Source: Terriglobia bacterium
Lineage (GTDB): Bacteria > Acidobacteriota > Terriglobia > Acidiferrales > UBA7541
NCBI GenBank assembly: GCA_963695545.1
Contig: OY968796.1
Span: 1,920,001-1,984,000, forward strand
Length of the DNA: 64,000 nucleotides
Reading direction: 5' to 3'
Shown here piece by piece: positions 1-10,974 of this stretch. Each line of letters begins with the position of its first letter. The first letter of the stretch is position 1. The notes below the pieces were generated by a model. It saw nothing but the letters and a program-made list of their open reading frames with translations, was not told the origin of the DNA and ran no database searches. The position numbers and the translations under genes are program-made.

Positions 1-123
1 GTTGTTGATAGCGTAGAACTTACCGTCCACGTTGGCGATTGCCAGCGTCGTCCCCTCAACCTGGAACTCGCGGACGGAACCGGCGGGAAGCTCATCGGTT
101 TTCGCTGCGCGTATCAACGCCAT
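1..123 (-). CDS. Rieske-type (2Fe-2S) ferredoxin, N-terminal part only (runs off window)
   Basis: Manual translation from ATG at 123: MALIRAAKTDELPAGSVREFQVEGTTLAIANVDGKFYAINN, a typical Rieske ferredoxin N-terminus just before the CxH motif; AGGAG RBS upstream; not in ORF track. Confidence 0.75.
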   Translation of the reverse strand, partial: MALIRAAKTDELPAGSVREFQVEGTTLAIANVDGKFYAINN

Positions 124-141
124 TGCGGAACTCCTGGGATC

Positions 142-702
142 TCAGCGGGGCGATGGCGTCTGCGCCACCATCACGCCGCGCTTGAATTGGTCCACCAACT
201 CGGGCCGCAGCCGCACCGCAGTAGGCCGCTTGGCCAGCGACATTTGGTCGATTTTGTCCTGCAATTTCAGCAGCGCATAGAACAGCGCCTCGGGCCGCGG
301 CGGACAGCCGATCACGTAGACATCCACCGGCACGATCTTGTCCACGCCTTGCAGCACGGAATACGCGTTGAAGGGACCGCCGACGCTTGAGCACGCGCCC
401 ATCGAGATGCACCACTTCGGATCCGGCATCTGGTCCCACACGCGCTTGAGCACCGGCGCCATTTTTAGCGTCACCGTGCCGGCCACGATCATTAAATCAG
501 CTTGGCGCGGCGAGGGCCGAAACACTTCGGCGCCGAAGCGCGCGATATCGAAGCGCGAGGTCGTGGAAGCGATCATTTCGATTGCGCAGCAGGCCAGTCC
601 AAATGTCAGCGGCCAGATCGCGGACTTGCGCGCCCAATTGAAAACGTAATCTACCGATGTGATCAGGAAATTTTTTTCAAACCGCTGATCGAGAACGCCC
701 AT
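142..702 (-). CDS. nuoB: NADH-quinone oxidoreductase subunit B
   Basis: [35 protein letters not shown] and GCPPRPE motifs; start trimmed to MGVLDQRF. Confidence 0.95.
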   Translation of the reverse strand: MGVLDQRFEKNFLITSVDYVFNWARKSAIWPLTFGLACCAIEMIASTTSRFDIARFGAEVFRPSPRQADLMIVAGTVTLKMAPVLKRVWDQMPDPKWCISMGACSSVGGPFNAYSVLQGVDKIVPVDVYVIGCPPRPEALFYALLKLQDKIDQMSLAKRPTAVRLRPELVDQFKRGVMVAQTPSPR

Positions 703-923
703 GTGTGTTCCGATTCTCCCCGCGGAAGCGCGAGTATAGCGCCGTGCTTTGCCGCCGTCAAAGGCGTGAAATCGCCCCGAAGCCGCGTGTACCCGCAGGC
801 CGCGGTGCCGAATCGAATCAAGCAGGGAACTGCGCAGAGCAGCGCGCCGCGCCCCGTGCGACAATGAAGTTTGACAACGAAGATCGATAACGAAATCCCG
901 CGGTGGAAGAGGACCCCGGCTTG

Positions 924-2249
924 ATGCCCCGAATCACCTGGTACTTTGCGCGATTTACGATCCCTGTAATAACGCTCGTTCTCCTTTTTCTCTCGCAGCG
1001 CTACTGGCTGCGCCGCGGCCGCGAGATGTCTTCGCGCCTCGCGCGCGCCGCAGCGCGTCGATGGGCGCGCACAGCGTGCACCGCCTTGTTGGTGCTTTTG
1101 GTTTTTATCGTCGTGAACGACATGCTTGGCCGCTACGCTCCGTTGCCTCGCAATCGTTTGTTGGCCGAAATCGCTTGGCTGTGGTTTTCCAGTTCCATGA
1201 TGGCGTACGTGGCGATTCGGGCGGTGCACGCGGTGGCTTGGCTCTGGGATCGCGCGCTTCCTCCGCGCGCGGCGCGTGCGTCGGCTTCCGATGAAGCGCC
1301 GGTCGATCTCGCGCGGCGCCGCTTTGTGCAGACGGCCGCCGTGGTGGCTGGCGCCGCGCCGTTCGCAGGTTTCGCCTACGGTTTCGCCGTCGAGCGCTGG
1401 CAATTCCAAGTGCGCGAGCAGGAACTCGCGCTCGAGACGCTGCCGCCCGAACTCGACGGCCTGCGCATCGCGCAGTTGAGCGACCTCCACATCGGCAGCT
1501 TCATGCCCGCGCGCGAGATTCGCCGCGCCGTGGGCATGGCCAACGATCTGCGCGCCGACCTGACCGTCGTCAGCGGCGATTTCCTCACCGAAGCCGGCGA
1601 TCCGCTCGAGGCCTGCATCGCGGAACTCGCGCGACTCCGCGCGCCGCTCGGTGTCTGGGGCTGCAATGGCAATCACGAAATTTACGCGGGAGTTGAGGCG
1701 CTCGCGGCCGATCTCTTCAGCCGCTATGGCATGAAGCTACTGCGGCAGGAGCGCGCCGAGATTCGCTCAAATGGCCGCGCGCTCCATTTGATCGGCGTCG
1801 ATTATCAGCGCGAACGCAATCCGAACGGCACGAAGCGCCGCGCGCTCACCGCGATCGAATCGCTCGTCGATCCAAACATGTTTCACATCTTGATGTCGCA
1901 CAATCCCAATTCGTTCGAGCGCGCCGCGGAATTGGGAATCGATTTATCGCTTGCCGGCCACACCCACGGCGGCCAAATCCGCGTCGAGATTCTCGATGCC
2001 GATATCAGCCCCGCGCGCTTTTTCACGCCGTACATCGCGGGCCTTTACCGCCGTCCACTCTTCGCCTCGTCGAGCGACACCGATTTCGATCTGCGCACCG
2101 GCGCCGCTACAAATTTGCCGCAGGCGATCCCAACGCCCAGCGCCGGATCGCTGCTCTACGTCAATCGCGGTCTCGGCACCATCGGCGCGCCCGTTCGCCT
2201 TGGCGTCCCTCCCGAAATCACTTTGCATACTCTGCGCCGCTCCGTCTGA
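924..2249 (+). CDS. Membrane-anchored metallophosphoesterase (YkuE/YaeI-like)
   Basis: [24 protein letters not shown] and NRGLG calcineurin-like motifs; N-terminal TM helices; start 903 (GTG) or 924 (ATG). Confidence 0.9.
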   Translation: MPRITWYFARFTIPVITLVLLFLSQRYWLRRGREMSSRLARAAARRWARTACTALLVLLVFIVVNDMLGRYAPLPRNRLLAEIAWLWFSSSMMAYVAIRAVHAVAWLWDRALPPRAARASASDEAPVDLARRRFVQTAAVVAGAAPFAGFAYGFAVERWQFQVREQELALETLPPELDGLRIAQLSDLHIGSFMPAREIRRAVGMANDLRADLTVVSGDFLTEAGDPLEACIAELARLRAPLGVWGCNGNHEIYAGVEALAADLFSRYGMKLLRQERAEIRSNGRALHLIGVDYQRERNPNGTKRRALTAIESLVDPNMFHILMSHNPNSFERAAELGIDLSLAGHTHGGQIRVEILDADISPARFFTPYIAGLYRRPLFASSSDTDFDLRTGAATNLPQAIPTPSAGSLLYVNRGLGTIGAPVRLGVPPEITLHTLRRSV

Positions 2250-2332
2250 CGCCCGCGAGCGGCGGCCCGGCACAACCCGCGATCCTTTTCCGACCGCGAT
2301 GCGCTACGTAGCTGCGTGATACCATCGCGCGC

Positions 2333-2797
2333 ATGAGCGATTCTCACATCGTCGAAGCCTGGGCCATCCACGATCGCATCAATCGCTATCTGCTTGCCGC
2401 GATTCCGGACAAGGCGCTCGCCGCGGTCTCCGCCTCGAAGGGCCGCTCCGTCGCTGAACAGTTCGCGCACATCCACACGGTTCGGCTGATGTGGCTGAAG
2501 GTCGCGCAGCCCGCGGCGCTCGCCGGCCTGCCGAAACTCGAAAAAGACGCGCTCGATCGCAAGAAGCTCAATTCCGCGCTCGAAAAATCCAGCGCCGCGA
2601 TTGCCGACCTACTCGCGCACGCCGCGGCGAATGGCGATCGTGTCAAAGGTTTCAAACCGCACGCCACCGCGTTTTTCGCCTATCTTGTCTCGCACGAATC
2701 GCATCACCGCGGCCAAATTATGCTCGCGCTCAAGCAGGCCGGTTTTCCCGTCGAGAAAAAAATCGCCTACGGCATTTGGGAGTGGGGCGCGCGGTAG
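2333..2797 (+). CDS. DinB family protein
   Basis: FAHIH and HESHHRGQ His motifs; 154 aa. Confidence 0.85.
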   Translation: MSDSHIVEAWAIHDRINRYLLAAIPDKALAAVSASKGRSVAEQFAHIHTVRLMWLKVAQPAALAGLPKLEKDALDRKKLNSALEKSSAAIADLLAHAAANGDRVKGFKPHATAFFAYLVSHESHHRGQIMLALKQAGFPVEKKIAYGIWEWGAR

Positions 2798-4303
<1,506 letters not shown>

Positions 4304-4322
4304 ATCGGCCTAAAATTTAGTC

Positions 4323-4351
4323 TTGACATAAGGCGAACAAAAAGCGAATAT
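4323..4351 (+). promoter_or_regulatory. Sigma70-like promoter with overlapping LexA-like box (GAAC-N7-GAAT)
   Basis: TTGACA (4323-4328), 17 nt, GAATAT (4346-4351); GAAC-aaaaagc-GAAT at 4335-4349. Confidence 0.55.
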
Positions 4352-4419
4352 GTCGCCGCGCCGCGATTCTCGCTCGGCGGGCAAGTTCCGCACCTCAAAA
4401 CTCAATCAGGAGCACCACC

Positions 4420-4926
4420 ATGCCGATCAACCAAGCCTTGCTTCCCGAATTCGATCACGAAATGGCCAACACTCGAAAAACTCTCGAACGCACTCCCGAC
4501 GCCAAATGGACCTGGAAGCCCCACGAAAAATCCGGACAAATGGGCTGGCTCGTCACCCATCTAGCCAACCTCCCCGGCTGGGGCGCCGACGTGCTCACCA
4601 GCGACAGCTTCGATTTCGCGCCCGGCGGAAAAATGGTCGAAATGGCCAAGGCCACCAACACCAAAGAGGCGCTGGCCCTCTTCGATAAAAACGTCGCCGC
4701 CGCCCGCGCCGCCTTGGCCGCCTCCACCGACGAGCAATTGATGAAGTCGTGGTCCCTGCTGCAGAACGGCACTCCCATTTTCACCATGCCGCGCGTCGCG
4801 GTCATCCGCAGCATGATCATGAATCATTCGATTCACCATCGCGCGCAGTTGGGCGTCTATCTCCGCCTCAACGATGTCCCCGTTCCCGGAAATTACGGCC
4901 CCACCGCGGACGAGCGCCCGTCGTAG
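4420..4926 (+). CDS. DinB family protein
   Basis: WKPHEKS, THLA and NHSIHHRAQLGVYLR...VPGNYGPTADE motifs; AGGAG RBS. Confidence 0.9.
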   Translation: MPINQALLPEFDHEMANTRKTLERTPDAKWTWKPHEKSGQMGWLVTHLANLPGWGADVLTSDSFDFAPGGKMVEMAKATNTKEALALFDKNVAAARAALAASTDEQLMKSWSLLQNGTPIFTMPRVAVIRSMIMNHSIHHRAQLGVYLRLNDVPVPGNYGPTADERPS

Positions 4927-4973
4927 ATTTTCCCGCGCGCCCACAGCGCTGGAGTTCGTAGCTTTTGAACTAT

Positions 4974-4996
4974 GTAGCGGAGGCCTTCAGGCCTCC
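4974..4996 (+). repeat. REP-like palindrome (GTAG + hairpin)
   Basis: GTAG-C-GGAGGCCT-TC-AGGCCTCC in the intergenic gap; single copy seen. Confidence 0.45.
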
Positions 4997-5067
4997 AGGT
5001 TTATGACTTTTCCTGCTTCGGTTTTTATGAGCGCGTGCGCCTTTTGAAAGCGCACCGCGCCCCAAAA

Positions 5068-5754
5068 ATGAACAACGATCTCCTCCGCGAAGAATTCAAC
5101 CGCTGGGCCGAAGCCGGCCGCGGCGAGCACATGGAAGAGGACCATCTCCCCATCACCCTCCCCGTGCTCGATCGCATGCAGATCCGCCCTGACGACAATA
5201 TTCTCGATGTCGGCTGCGGCGCCGGCTGGCTCGCGCGCCTGCTTGCCGAACGCGTTCCCGATGGCCGCGTCGTGGGCCTCGATGTTTCCGATGAAATGAT
5301 TCGCCGTGCCCGCCGCAATCTCGCCGACGTGGAAAATGTCCTCTTCGTAGTCGCCGGCGCCGACGAAATTCCCTGGGACGCGAATTTTTTCACCCACGCC
5401 ATCTCCGTCGAATCCGCCTACTACTGGCCCGATCCTCCGCGCGGCCTCAAGGAAATTTTCCGCGTCCTCGCCGAAGGCGGCCGCGCTCACGTCCTGATCA
5501 ATTTTTACCGCGATAATCCTCACTGCCACCAATGGGCCGCGCAATTCGCCACGCCCGCGCATCTGTATTCCGCCGAAGAATGGGCCGCGGTGTTCCGCGC
5601 CGCCGGCTTCGCCGACGTCGCGCACGATCTCATCCCCGATCCCACCCCCGCCCCCGAATCCTATTCCGGCCGCTGGTTCCGCGACGCCGCCCAACTCCGC
5701 GCCTTCCGCGAAGTCGGCGCCCTCCTCGTTCAGGGAACCAAGCGCAGCGAGTAG
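5068..5754 (+). CDS. Class I SAM-dependent methyltransferase
   Basis: ILDVGCGAG motif I, GLDVS, SVESAYYWPD. Confidence 0.9.
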   Translation: MNNDLLREEFNRWAEAGRGEHMEEDHLPITLPVLDRMQIRPDDNILDVGCGAGWLARLLAERVPDGRVVGLDVSDEMIRRARRNLADVENVLFVVAGADEIPWDANFFTHAISVESAYYWPDPPRGLKEIFRVLAEGGRAHVLINFYRDNPHCHQWAAQFATPAHLYSAEEWAAVFRAAGFADVAHDLIPDPTPAPESYSGRWFRDAAQLRAFREVGALLVQGTKRSE

Positions 5755-5776
5755 CTAGCGAATAAAGTTCGAGGAT

Positions 5777-6481
5777 TTATCGGCGTTCTGCGGCGTACTT
5801 CACCAATAGCCACGGTTCCCAAATAGCTGCCTCAGCTCCAGTGCGCACCATGTGTTCCGTCACCTGAATAGCCCCTTGGAGATCATCGATTAGTCCATTT
5901 TCGTTCGGCCGAACTCCAAAGAGTCTCTGCGCTTCGTCGGGCATGTAGTGGCAGAGCCAGGTGTGAAAATGCGTGGTCTCAAAGCCAAGGGGCTCGTACC
6001 CCAAAATGCCTCCTCCCTCCGCCAGCGATTCCTTCAGTTCGACACGTTCCAATAGTCCATAGCCCCGATTCGCGTCTTTTTCGATCTGTCCATAGAAGGA
6101 GGGAAGTAGAGATTTATGCAATCCAATTCCTACAATCTCGACTCCGTCGCCGACAACAAATCGCCGGACAAACTCGCACGCTTTCTGAAGCGAGAGAAAT
6201 GCATTCGGGTATTGACCCACGGGCGTCTCCGCCTTCACCCAGTCGACCAACTCCGGCGCAAGATGGGCCGGCACCTCGAATTTCGCAACGTGTTCAGCCG
6301 CCTCCTCTCGCGTGTTGTTTCCCCATGCCATGGTCCAAGCATCCGGTGCAATGGCCGCAAGACAGGATGAGAGCGTTATCAAGGTTCGCGGCAAGAGCGA
6401 AAAGGGCCCCTCGGGGCGCTGAATCGGCTTGACGACGAAATAGCCACCGCTGATGTATTCAGAATTGCTTGGTGAGGCCAT
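5777..6481 (-). CDS. Hypothetical protein
   Basis: 234-aa ORF filling the gap, protein-like composition, visibly less GC-rich than neighbours; no family recognised. Confidence 0.7.
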   Translation of the reverse strand: MASPSNSEYISGGYFVVKPIQRPEGPFSLLPRTLITLSSCLAAIAPDAWTMAWGNNTREEAAEHVAKFEVPAHLAPELVDWVKAETPVGQYPNAFLSLQKACEFVRRFVVGDGVEIVGIGLHKSLLPSFYGQIEKDANRGYGLLERVELKESLAEGGGILGYEPLGFETTHFHTWLCHYMPDEAQRLFGVRPNENGLIDDLQGAIQVTEHMVRTGAEAAIWEPWLLVKYAAERR

Positions 6482-6564
6482 CGAGCAAATTGTACGACTC
6501 CGGCTTCATAGATGCCACGCAAGATCGGACTGCTCAATCCGGAAGATGCCCTGCTAACAAATTT

Positions 6565-6919
6565 GTATTCGAATACTCACTTAATAGTTGACAGAATTCT
6601 GAATACGCGGTATATTTCGTCATGTTCGCCGCCAGTCAATTCGAATCGTTCCCCATCTCCACTTTTCCTCGCCTCGCCCGAGCATTCAATCCGACCTTTA
6701 TCGCCGCGCATCGCGTAAATCCCGCCCCAATAACCCATTCATTTTCAAATGGATCCACATCCCTTGAAAGGAGTGCGTATCTAGCTGAAAACACTGAACA
6801 TATGTATTCCGTTAAACCCTTTTGTTTCAGTCGATTGTGCACTCCTCATGCATGCTTTTCCTGCAAGTCCCATGTTCGCAGTCTTTTACGAATTGGGTAC
6901 CGGGGGTGTACACCCCTGG
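6565..6919 (+). repeat. Dispersed intergenic element, copy A
   Basis: Shares TTCGAATACTCA, TAGTTGACA, ACTTTTCCnCGCCTCGCC, CTTTTCCTGCAAGTCC and TACCGGGGGTG blocks, in order, with 32880-33210 (-). Confidence 0.85.
6588..6616 (+). promoter_or_regulatory. Sigma70 promoter within element copy A
   Basis: TTGACA-N17-TATATT. Confidence 0.75.
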
Positions 6920-6984
6920 GAAGTCAGAGGAAGGATGGGAGCTGCTTCACCGGAATGGGCGGGACTATCCTCCGCGCGATTTGC

Positions 6985-9123
6985 CTACACCAACCGAGCG
7001 AGAAGCGCCTTCAATTCATCGGGATCGTTGGTTGGCGGCTGGCAGGAGGTTCCGACGCAAACGAGAGCTTGCGCCACATCCGCGCGAACGTGGGGCAACG
7101 TTTCCGCGAGCGCGGGCGGCAGCGCCGCCGCTTCGGCGCCGTTCGGCAAGACGCGCAGAACGACTTTGCCGAAGCGATACGACCCGTTCGCAACCCGTTC
7201 GAGTTGCCCTGCCGTGTCATGGAGCGCCGGGCCCGTGACCACAATTTGCACCGCCCCTCGCGCATGCAGCAGCGCAGCGAGTCCATACGTCGCGGCGTGC
7301 AGTCCGTATTCGGGCGCAATTTTGGCGAATGCATCGAGCGTCGCCGTGCTGCGTTCGCGATACCGCGCGTCGCCCGTGAATTCGTAGAGCCGGTCGAGCA
7401 ATATCGCCGCGGCCGCGTTGCCGCCCGGCGTCGGCGAATCCTGAAACGGTTTTCGACGCACGTCGAGTCCGCCGAGCGGCGCCGCGCTCGCCGGCCGATC
7501 GAAGAAGCCGCCGGCAACAGAATCGGCAAACTGCGCGATCATCACGTCGGCGGCGCGCCGAGCGGCGTCGAAATACCGCCGGTCGAGCGTGGCTTCATAC
7601 GCGTCGAGCAGCGCTAGGCCGGTGAAAACTTGATCGTCGAGCGAACCATCCAGACGCGGCCCGCCTCCGAAGCGATGCGCGAAGCCGCGCTCTGCATTCC
7701 AGGTTTCGCCGAGGATGCGATCGAGCGTGCGCAATGCGAATTGCCCCGCGCGGCGGCCGAGATCGTTGTCGAGCACGCGCGCAGCCGCAAGAAATGCCGA
7801 GCAGAACATCGCGTTCCACGAAACGTAGTGCGTCGTGTCGACAAAAGGAGCCGCGCGCTTCTCGCGCACAGCGAGCAGCTTTTGTTTCGCCGACGCGATC
7901 AGTTCCGCGACGCGCGGCTCGGCCAGTCCAACTTCGCGCGCGATTTCGGCTGGCTCGAACGCGCGGCACAGCGTGTTTTTCAGCGGGTTGTGATGCATCT
8001 GCCCGACCGGCTCGACGCCGTAGAAAATTTCCGCCACGCGCGCTTCTTCCGGATCAAGCGCCGCGCGCAACTCGTCGAGCGTCCAGGTGAAATAGTCGCC
8101 GTCGTCGTCGAGCGTTTGATCGGCGTCCTGGCTCGCATAGAATCCGCCGCGCTCTTGATCCGAAAGCGTGGTCGTAACCCAGCCGATGATCGATTCGGCG
8201 ACCTCGCGGAACAGCGGCTCTCCGGTCACCTGGTAGCCGTGCAGATAGTTTTTGAGCAGTTCGGAATTGTCGTAACTCATTTTCTCGAAGTGCGGCACGC
8301 GCCAGTGCTCGTCGACCGAGTACCGATGAAATCCGCCGGCGAGCTGATCGTAAACACCACCGCGCGCCATGTGCTCGAGCGTAGTTTGCGCGACGTTCGT
8401 AAGTTCCGATTTTGCGGCGCCCGGCGAAGTGGACGCGATGGAAGAAGCCTGGCAGCGATCGAGAATCAGATCGAGCGCCGAAGGATGCGGGAATTTCGGC
8501 GCGCGCCCGAAGCCGCCGTCGCGCGGATCGAAGCGCGCCACGATCGATTCCACCATGCGATCGACAACACCCGCATCGAATGTGCCCGCTGCGCCTTCAA
8601 AACTTTCCGCGCGCGCCACGGCTTGCGAAAGCGCGTCCGCCGCTTCATCGACCTCTTTCCTGCGCGTGCGAAACGCCTCGGCCATCGTCGCGAGAACGCG
8701 CCGGAAACCGGGACGCCCGCCCATGTCGTCAGGCGGAAAATATGTGCCGCCAAAAAATGGCCGCCCATCCGGCAGAAGAAATCCGGTAAGCGGCCAGCCG
8801 CCCTGCCCGGAGACGGCGCTGATGGCGGTTTGATACCGCGCGTCCACGTCGGGCCGCTCGTCGCGATCGACCTTCACCGCGACGAAAAGTTTGTTGATCA
8901 GCGCCGCGATTTCCGGATCTTCGTAGCTTTCGCGGTCGATCACGTGGCACCAGTGGCACCACACCGCGCCGATATCGAGCAGGATCGGGCGATCCTCCTC
9001 GCGCGCCCGCGCAAAAGCTTCGTCGCCCCATTCGTACCACGCCACCGGCTGATGCGCAGCGGAACGCAGATATGGGCTGGCCGAGTGAGCGAGGCGTTGC
9101 GCGGCGGCGTCGGAGTCGGTCAC
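6985..9123 (-). CDS. YyaL/SPATA20-like thioredoxin-domain protein
   Basis: SPYLR..AHQPVAW, WCHWCHV, KVDRDERPDVD, GGWPLT, APKFP and VPHFEKM motifs. Confidence 0.93.
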   Translation of the reverse strand: MTDSDAAAQRLAHSASPYLRSAAHQPVAWYEWGDEAFARAREEDRPILLDIGAVWCHWCHVIDRESYEDPEIAALINKLFVAVKVDRDERPDVDARYQTAISAVSGQGGWPLTGFLLPDGRPFFGGTYFPPDDMGGRPGFRRVLATMAEAFRTRRKEVDEAADALSQAVARAESFEGAAGTFDAGVVDRMVESIVARFDPRDGGFGRAPKFPHPSALDLILDRCQASSIASTSPGAAKSELTNVAQTTLEHMARGGVYDQLAGGFHRYSVDEHWRVPHFEKMSYDNSELLKNYLHGYQVTGEPLFREVAESIIGWVTTTLSDQERGGFYASQDADQTLDDDGDYFTWTLDELRAALDPEEARVAEIFYGVEPVGQMHHNPLKNTLCRAFEPAEIAREVGLAEPRVAELIASAKQKLLAVREKRAAPFVDTTHYVSWNAMFCSAFLAAARVLDNDLGRRAGQFALRTLDRILGETWNAERGFAHRFGGGPRLDGSLDDQVFTGLALLDAYEATLDRRYFDAARRAADVMIAQFADSVAGGFFDRPASAAPLGGLDVRRKPFQDSPTPGGNAAAAILLDRLYEFTGDARYRERSTATLDAFAKIAPEYGLHAATYGLAALLHARGAVQIVVTGPALHDTAGQLERVANGSYRFGKVVLRVLPNGAEAAALPPALAETLPHVRADVAQALVCVGTSCQPPTNDPDELKALLARLV

Positions 9124-9183
9124 GAAGTGGCTCTCTTTCTTTTTGTGGCGCGTGCTTTGTGCGGTGCCCGTGGCGGGCGCGCG

Positions 9184-9636
9184 TTACTGGATCAAATCTT
9201 TCGCACCGCTGTCGTTCGGATCGATCGGCTTGCGCCCGGCAAATCCTTCGTCAGGACGATGCCAGAAGCGGATGCGGTCCTCGCCCAGGCGCCAGCACAG
9301 AAGCACCTCCTCATCATTCAACCGCGCGGGAAAATCCACCAGTCCGATGTCGAGGTCCTTGATGATGCATCCCGCCGCTTGTATACGATCGACCGCGGCG
9401 CGCACCACCTCTTCCAATTGGTCGCGCTCCACGCGTACTCGGCCCAGACTTTCATGCGGCAGCGTCACGCCGCCCATCATCAGAATGCGCTGCGAGACCT
9501 TGCCGAGCGCGTCATCGAGCTCGCTCATTTTCTGCCGGCACTCGACGGCTTCGGCCAGCGTCGGTTCGAGCTCGCGGCGCGCGCGCTCAGCCGATTTCAG
9601 CGTGAAAATCTTCGGTTCTGGCGATTCGTCGGACAT
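9184..9636 (-). CDS. DUF2203 family protein
   Basis: IKDLDIGLVDFP, LCWRLGE..I.FWH and GFAGRKPI; start trimmed to MSDESPEP. Confidence 0.85.
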   Translation of the reverse strand: MSDESPEPKIFTLKSAERARRELEPTLAEAVECRQKMSELDDALGKVSQRILMMGGVTLPHESLGRVRVERDQLEEVVRAAVDRIQAAGCIIKDLDIGLVDFPARLNDEEVLLCWRLGEDRIRFWHRPDEGFAGRKPIDPNDSGAKDLIQ

Positions 9637-9763
9637 ACTGCATTTTCCCCTAACCGGCCGATGTTTGCCAGCGCGCGGCGCGCAGCCTCGCGCTCGTCGC
9701 TTTCGCACCGGCGCTCGCGCCCTCGCGCCGCCGCTTCCGGCGTTTATGGTAGAGTCGCAAACC

Positions 9764-10930
9764 ATGCGCATCTTCGTTCTCGGCACCGGAGCGACGGGCT
9801 CGCTCCTGGCGCAACTCCTCGAGCGGCAGGGACATCGCGTCACTTGCGGCGACCGCGATCCCGAGCGCGGCCGCCGCTTTCTCGGCAAACGCAGCAAAAT
9901 TCCCGTGGTTGCCGTGAACGCGCGCAACTTGTGGGGAATCGTGCGTGCGGCGCGCGGATCGCATTTGCTCGTGAACGCGTCGGCCGCGGTGTTCAACGAA
10001 ATCGCGCTGCGCGCGGCGCTGCGTCTGCGCGCGCACTATCTCGATCTCGCCACGCATCTCGTGAGCCATCCCTTCCGCCCCGAACAATTGCGCTACAACC
10101 GCAAATTCCAATCGAAAGGCCGCGCCGCGGTTTTCGCCGCGGGCGCTTCGCCCGGTTTGACGAATTTGCTCGCCGCGCGCGCGGCCGAGCAGCTCGATTC
10201 AGTGGAATCGATTCGGTTGCGCCTATACGAGAGCACCGAAAGCGACGATCCAGTCTCGCAATGGTCGGCCGAGGTCTCCTTCGATGAAGCCGTTTCGCGT
10301 CCGCCGATCGTCCGCGAAGGACGCTTCCTTTTTGGAAAACGTTTCGGCGAACCGGAAACATTCCGCTTCCCGCGCCCGATCGGCGAAACGCGCGTTGTGC
10401 TCGCCGCGCAGGATGAAGTGTGCATCGTGCCGCACACGCTGAAGTTGCGCGAGATGGACGCGAAGATCGGCGGAAATGAAATGGATCGCTTGCGCCGCTG
10501 GTATCGGCAAGGGAAGTTGCGGCGCTCGCGTGGAATCGTGGCTTCGCGCTTTCCGAAGACGCCCACCCCGAAACAGGTGGCGCGCCTGATTCGCCGCGGC
10601 GTTTTGCACAACGCGCGATTCGCCGCGGCCATCGTGGTTCGCGGAGTGAAAAGCGACGAGCCGCTCGAGATCCGTTGGGACGCCGGCTTTCCGACGCTCT
10701 ATCAGCTTCGGGCCCGCGGACTGCACGCGTCGCCCGTGGCTTACGCCACCGCCGAAATCGCGGCGATGTTCGTGCGACATTTCCCGCGCGAAATTCCGGG
10801 CGTGCACGCGCCGGGCGATTTGCCGGCCGAGGCGCGCCAAGCGATCTTGAATGACGCGCGCGCGCGCGGTTTCAAACTGACGATGAAGACGACGCGCCTG
10901 AAAAAATCCGAAGACGACGAGGAGTACTGA
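9764..10930 (+). CDS. Saccharopine dehydrogenase-like NAD(P)-binding oxidoreductase
   Basis: MRIFVLGTGATG Rossmann motif, HYLDLA and AGASPGLTN; start trimmed from 9143. Confidence 0.85.
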   Translation: MRIFVLGTGATGSLLAQLLERQGHRVTCGDRDPERGRRFLGKRSKIPVVAVNARNLWGIVRAARGSHLLVNASAAVFNEIALRAALRLRAHYLDLATHLVSHPFRPEQLRYNRKFQSKGRAAVFAAGASPGLTNLLAARAAEQLDSVESIRLRLYESTESDDPVSQWSAEVSFDEAVSRPPIVREGRFLFGKRFGEPETFRFPRPIGETRVVLAAQDEVCIVPHTLKLREMDAKIGGNEMDRLRRWYRQGKLRRSRGIVASRFPKTPTPKQVARLIRRGVLHNARFAAAIVVRGVKSDEPLEIRWDAGFPTLYQLRARGLHASPVAYATAEIAAMFVRHFPREIPGVHAPGDLPAEARQAILNDARARGFKLTMKTTRLKKSEDDEEY

Positions 10931-10974
10931 ACGCCGCGCTGGGCAACTGCGCGCGTTAGTTGTTGAACGCTGTT

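Noticed and set aside
6622..7617. 331-aa protein-coding gene
   Set aside because: The first third is the repeat element and the rest is antisense to the yyaL-like gene; frame not conserved with copy B beyond about 19 codons
9143..9996. Apparent head-to-head overlap of two long ORFs
   Set aside because: It disappears when the starts are set at 9636 (-) and 9764 (+), giving ordinary divergent genes
7630..10287. 885-aa plus-strand ORF and similar long shadow ORFs (e.g. 11017-12288, 31330-32676, 35272-36384, 40798-42024)
   Set aside because: Antisense or alternate-frame to well-supported genes; Arg/Ala-rich shadow ORFs typical of high-GC DNA
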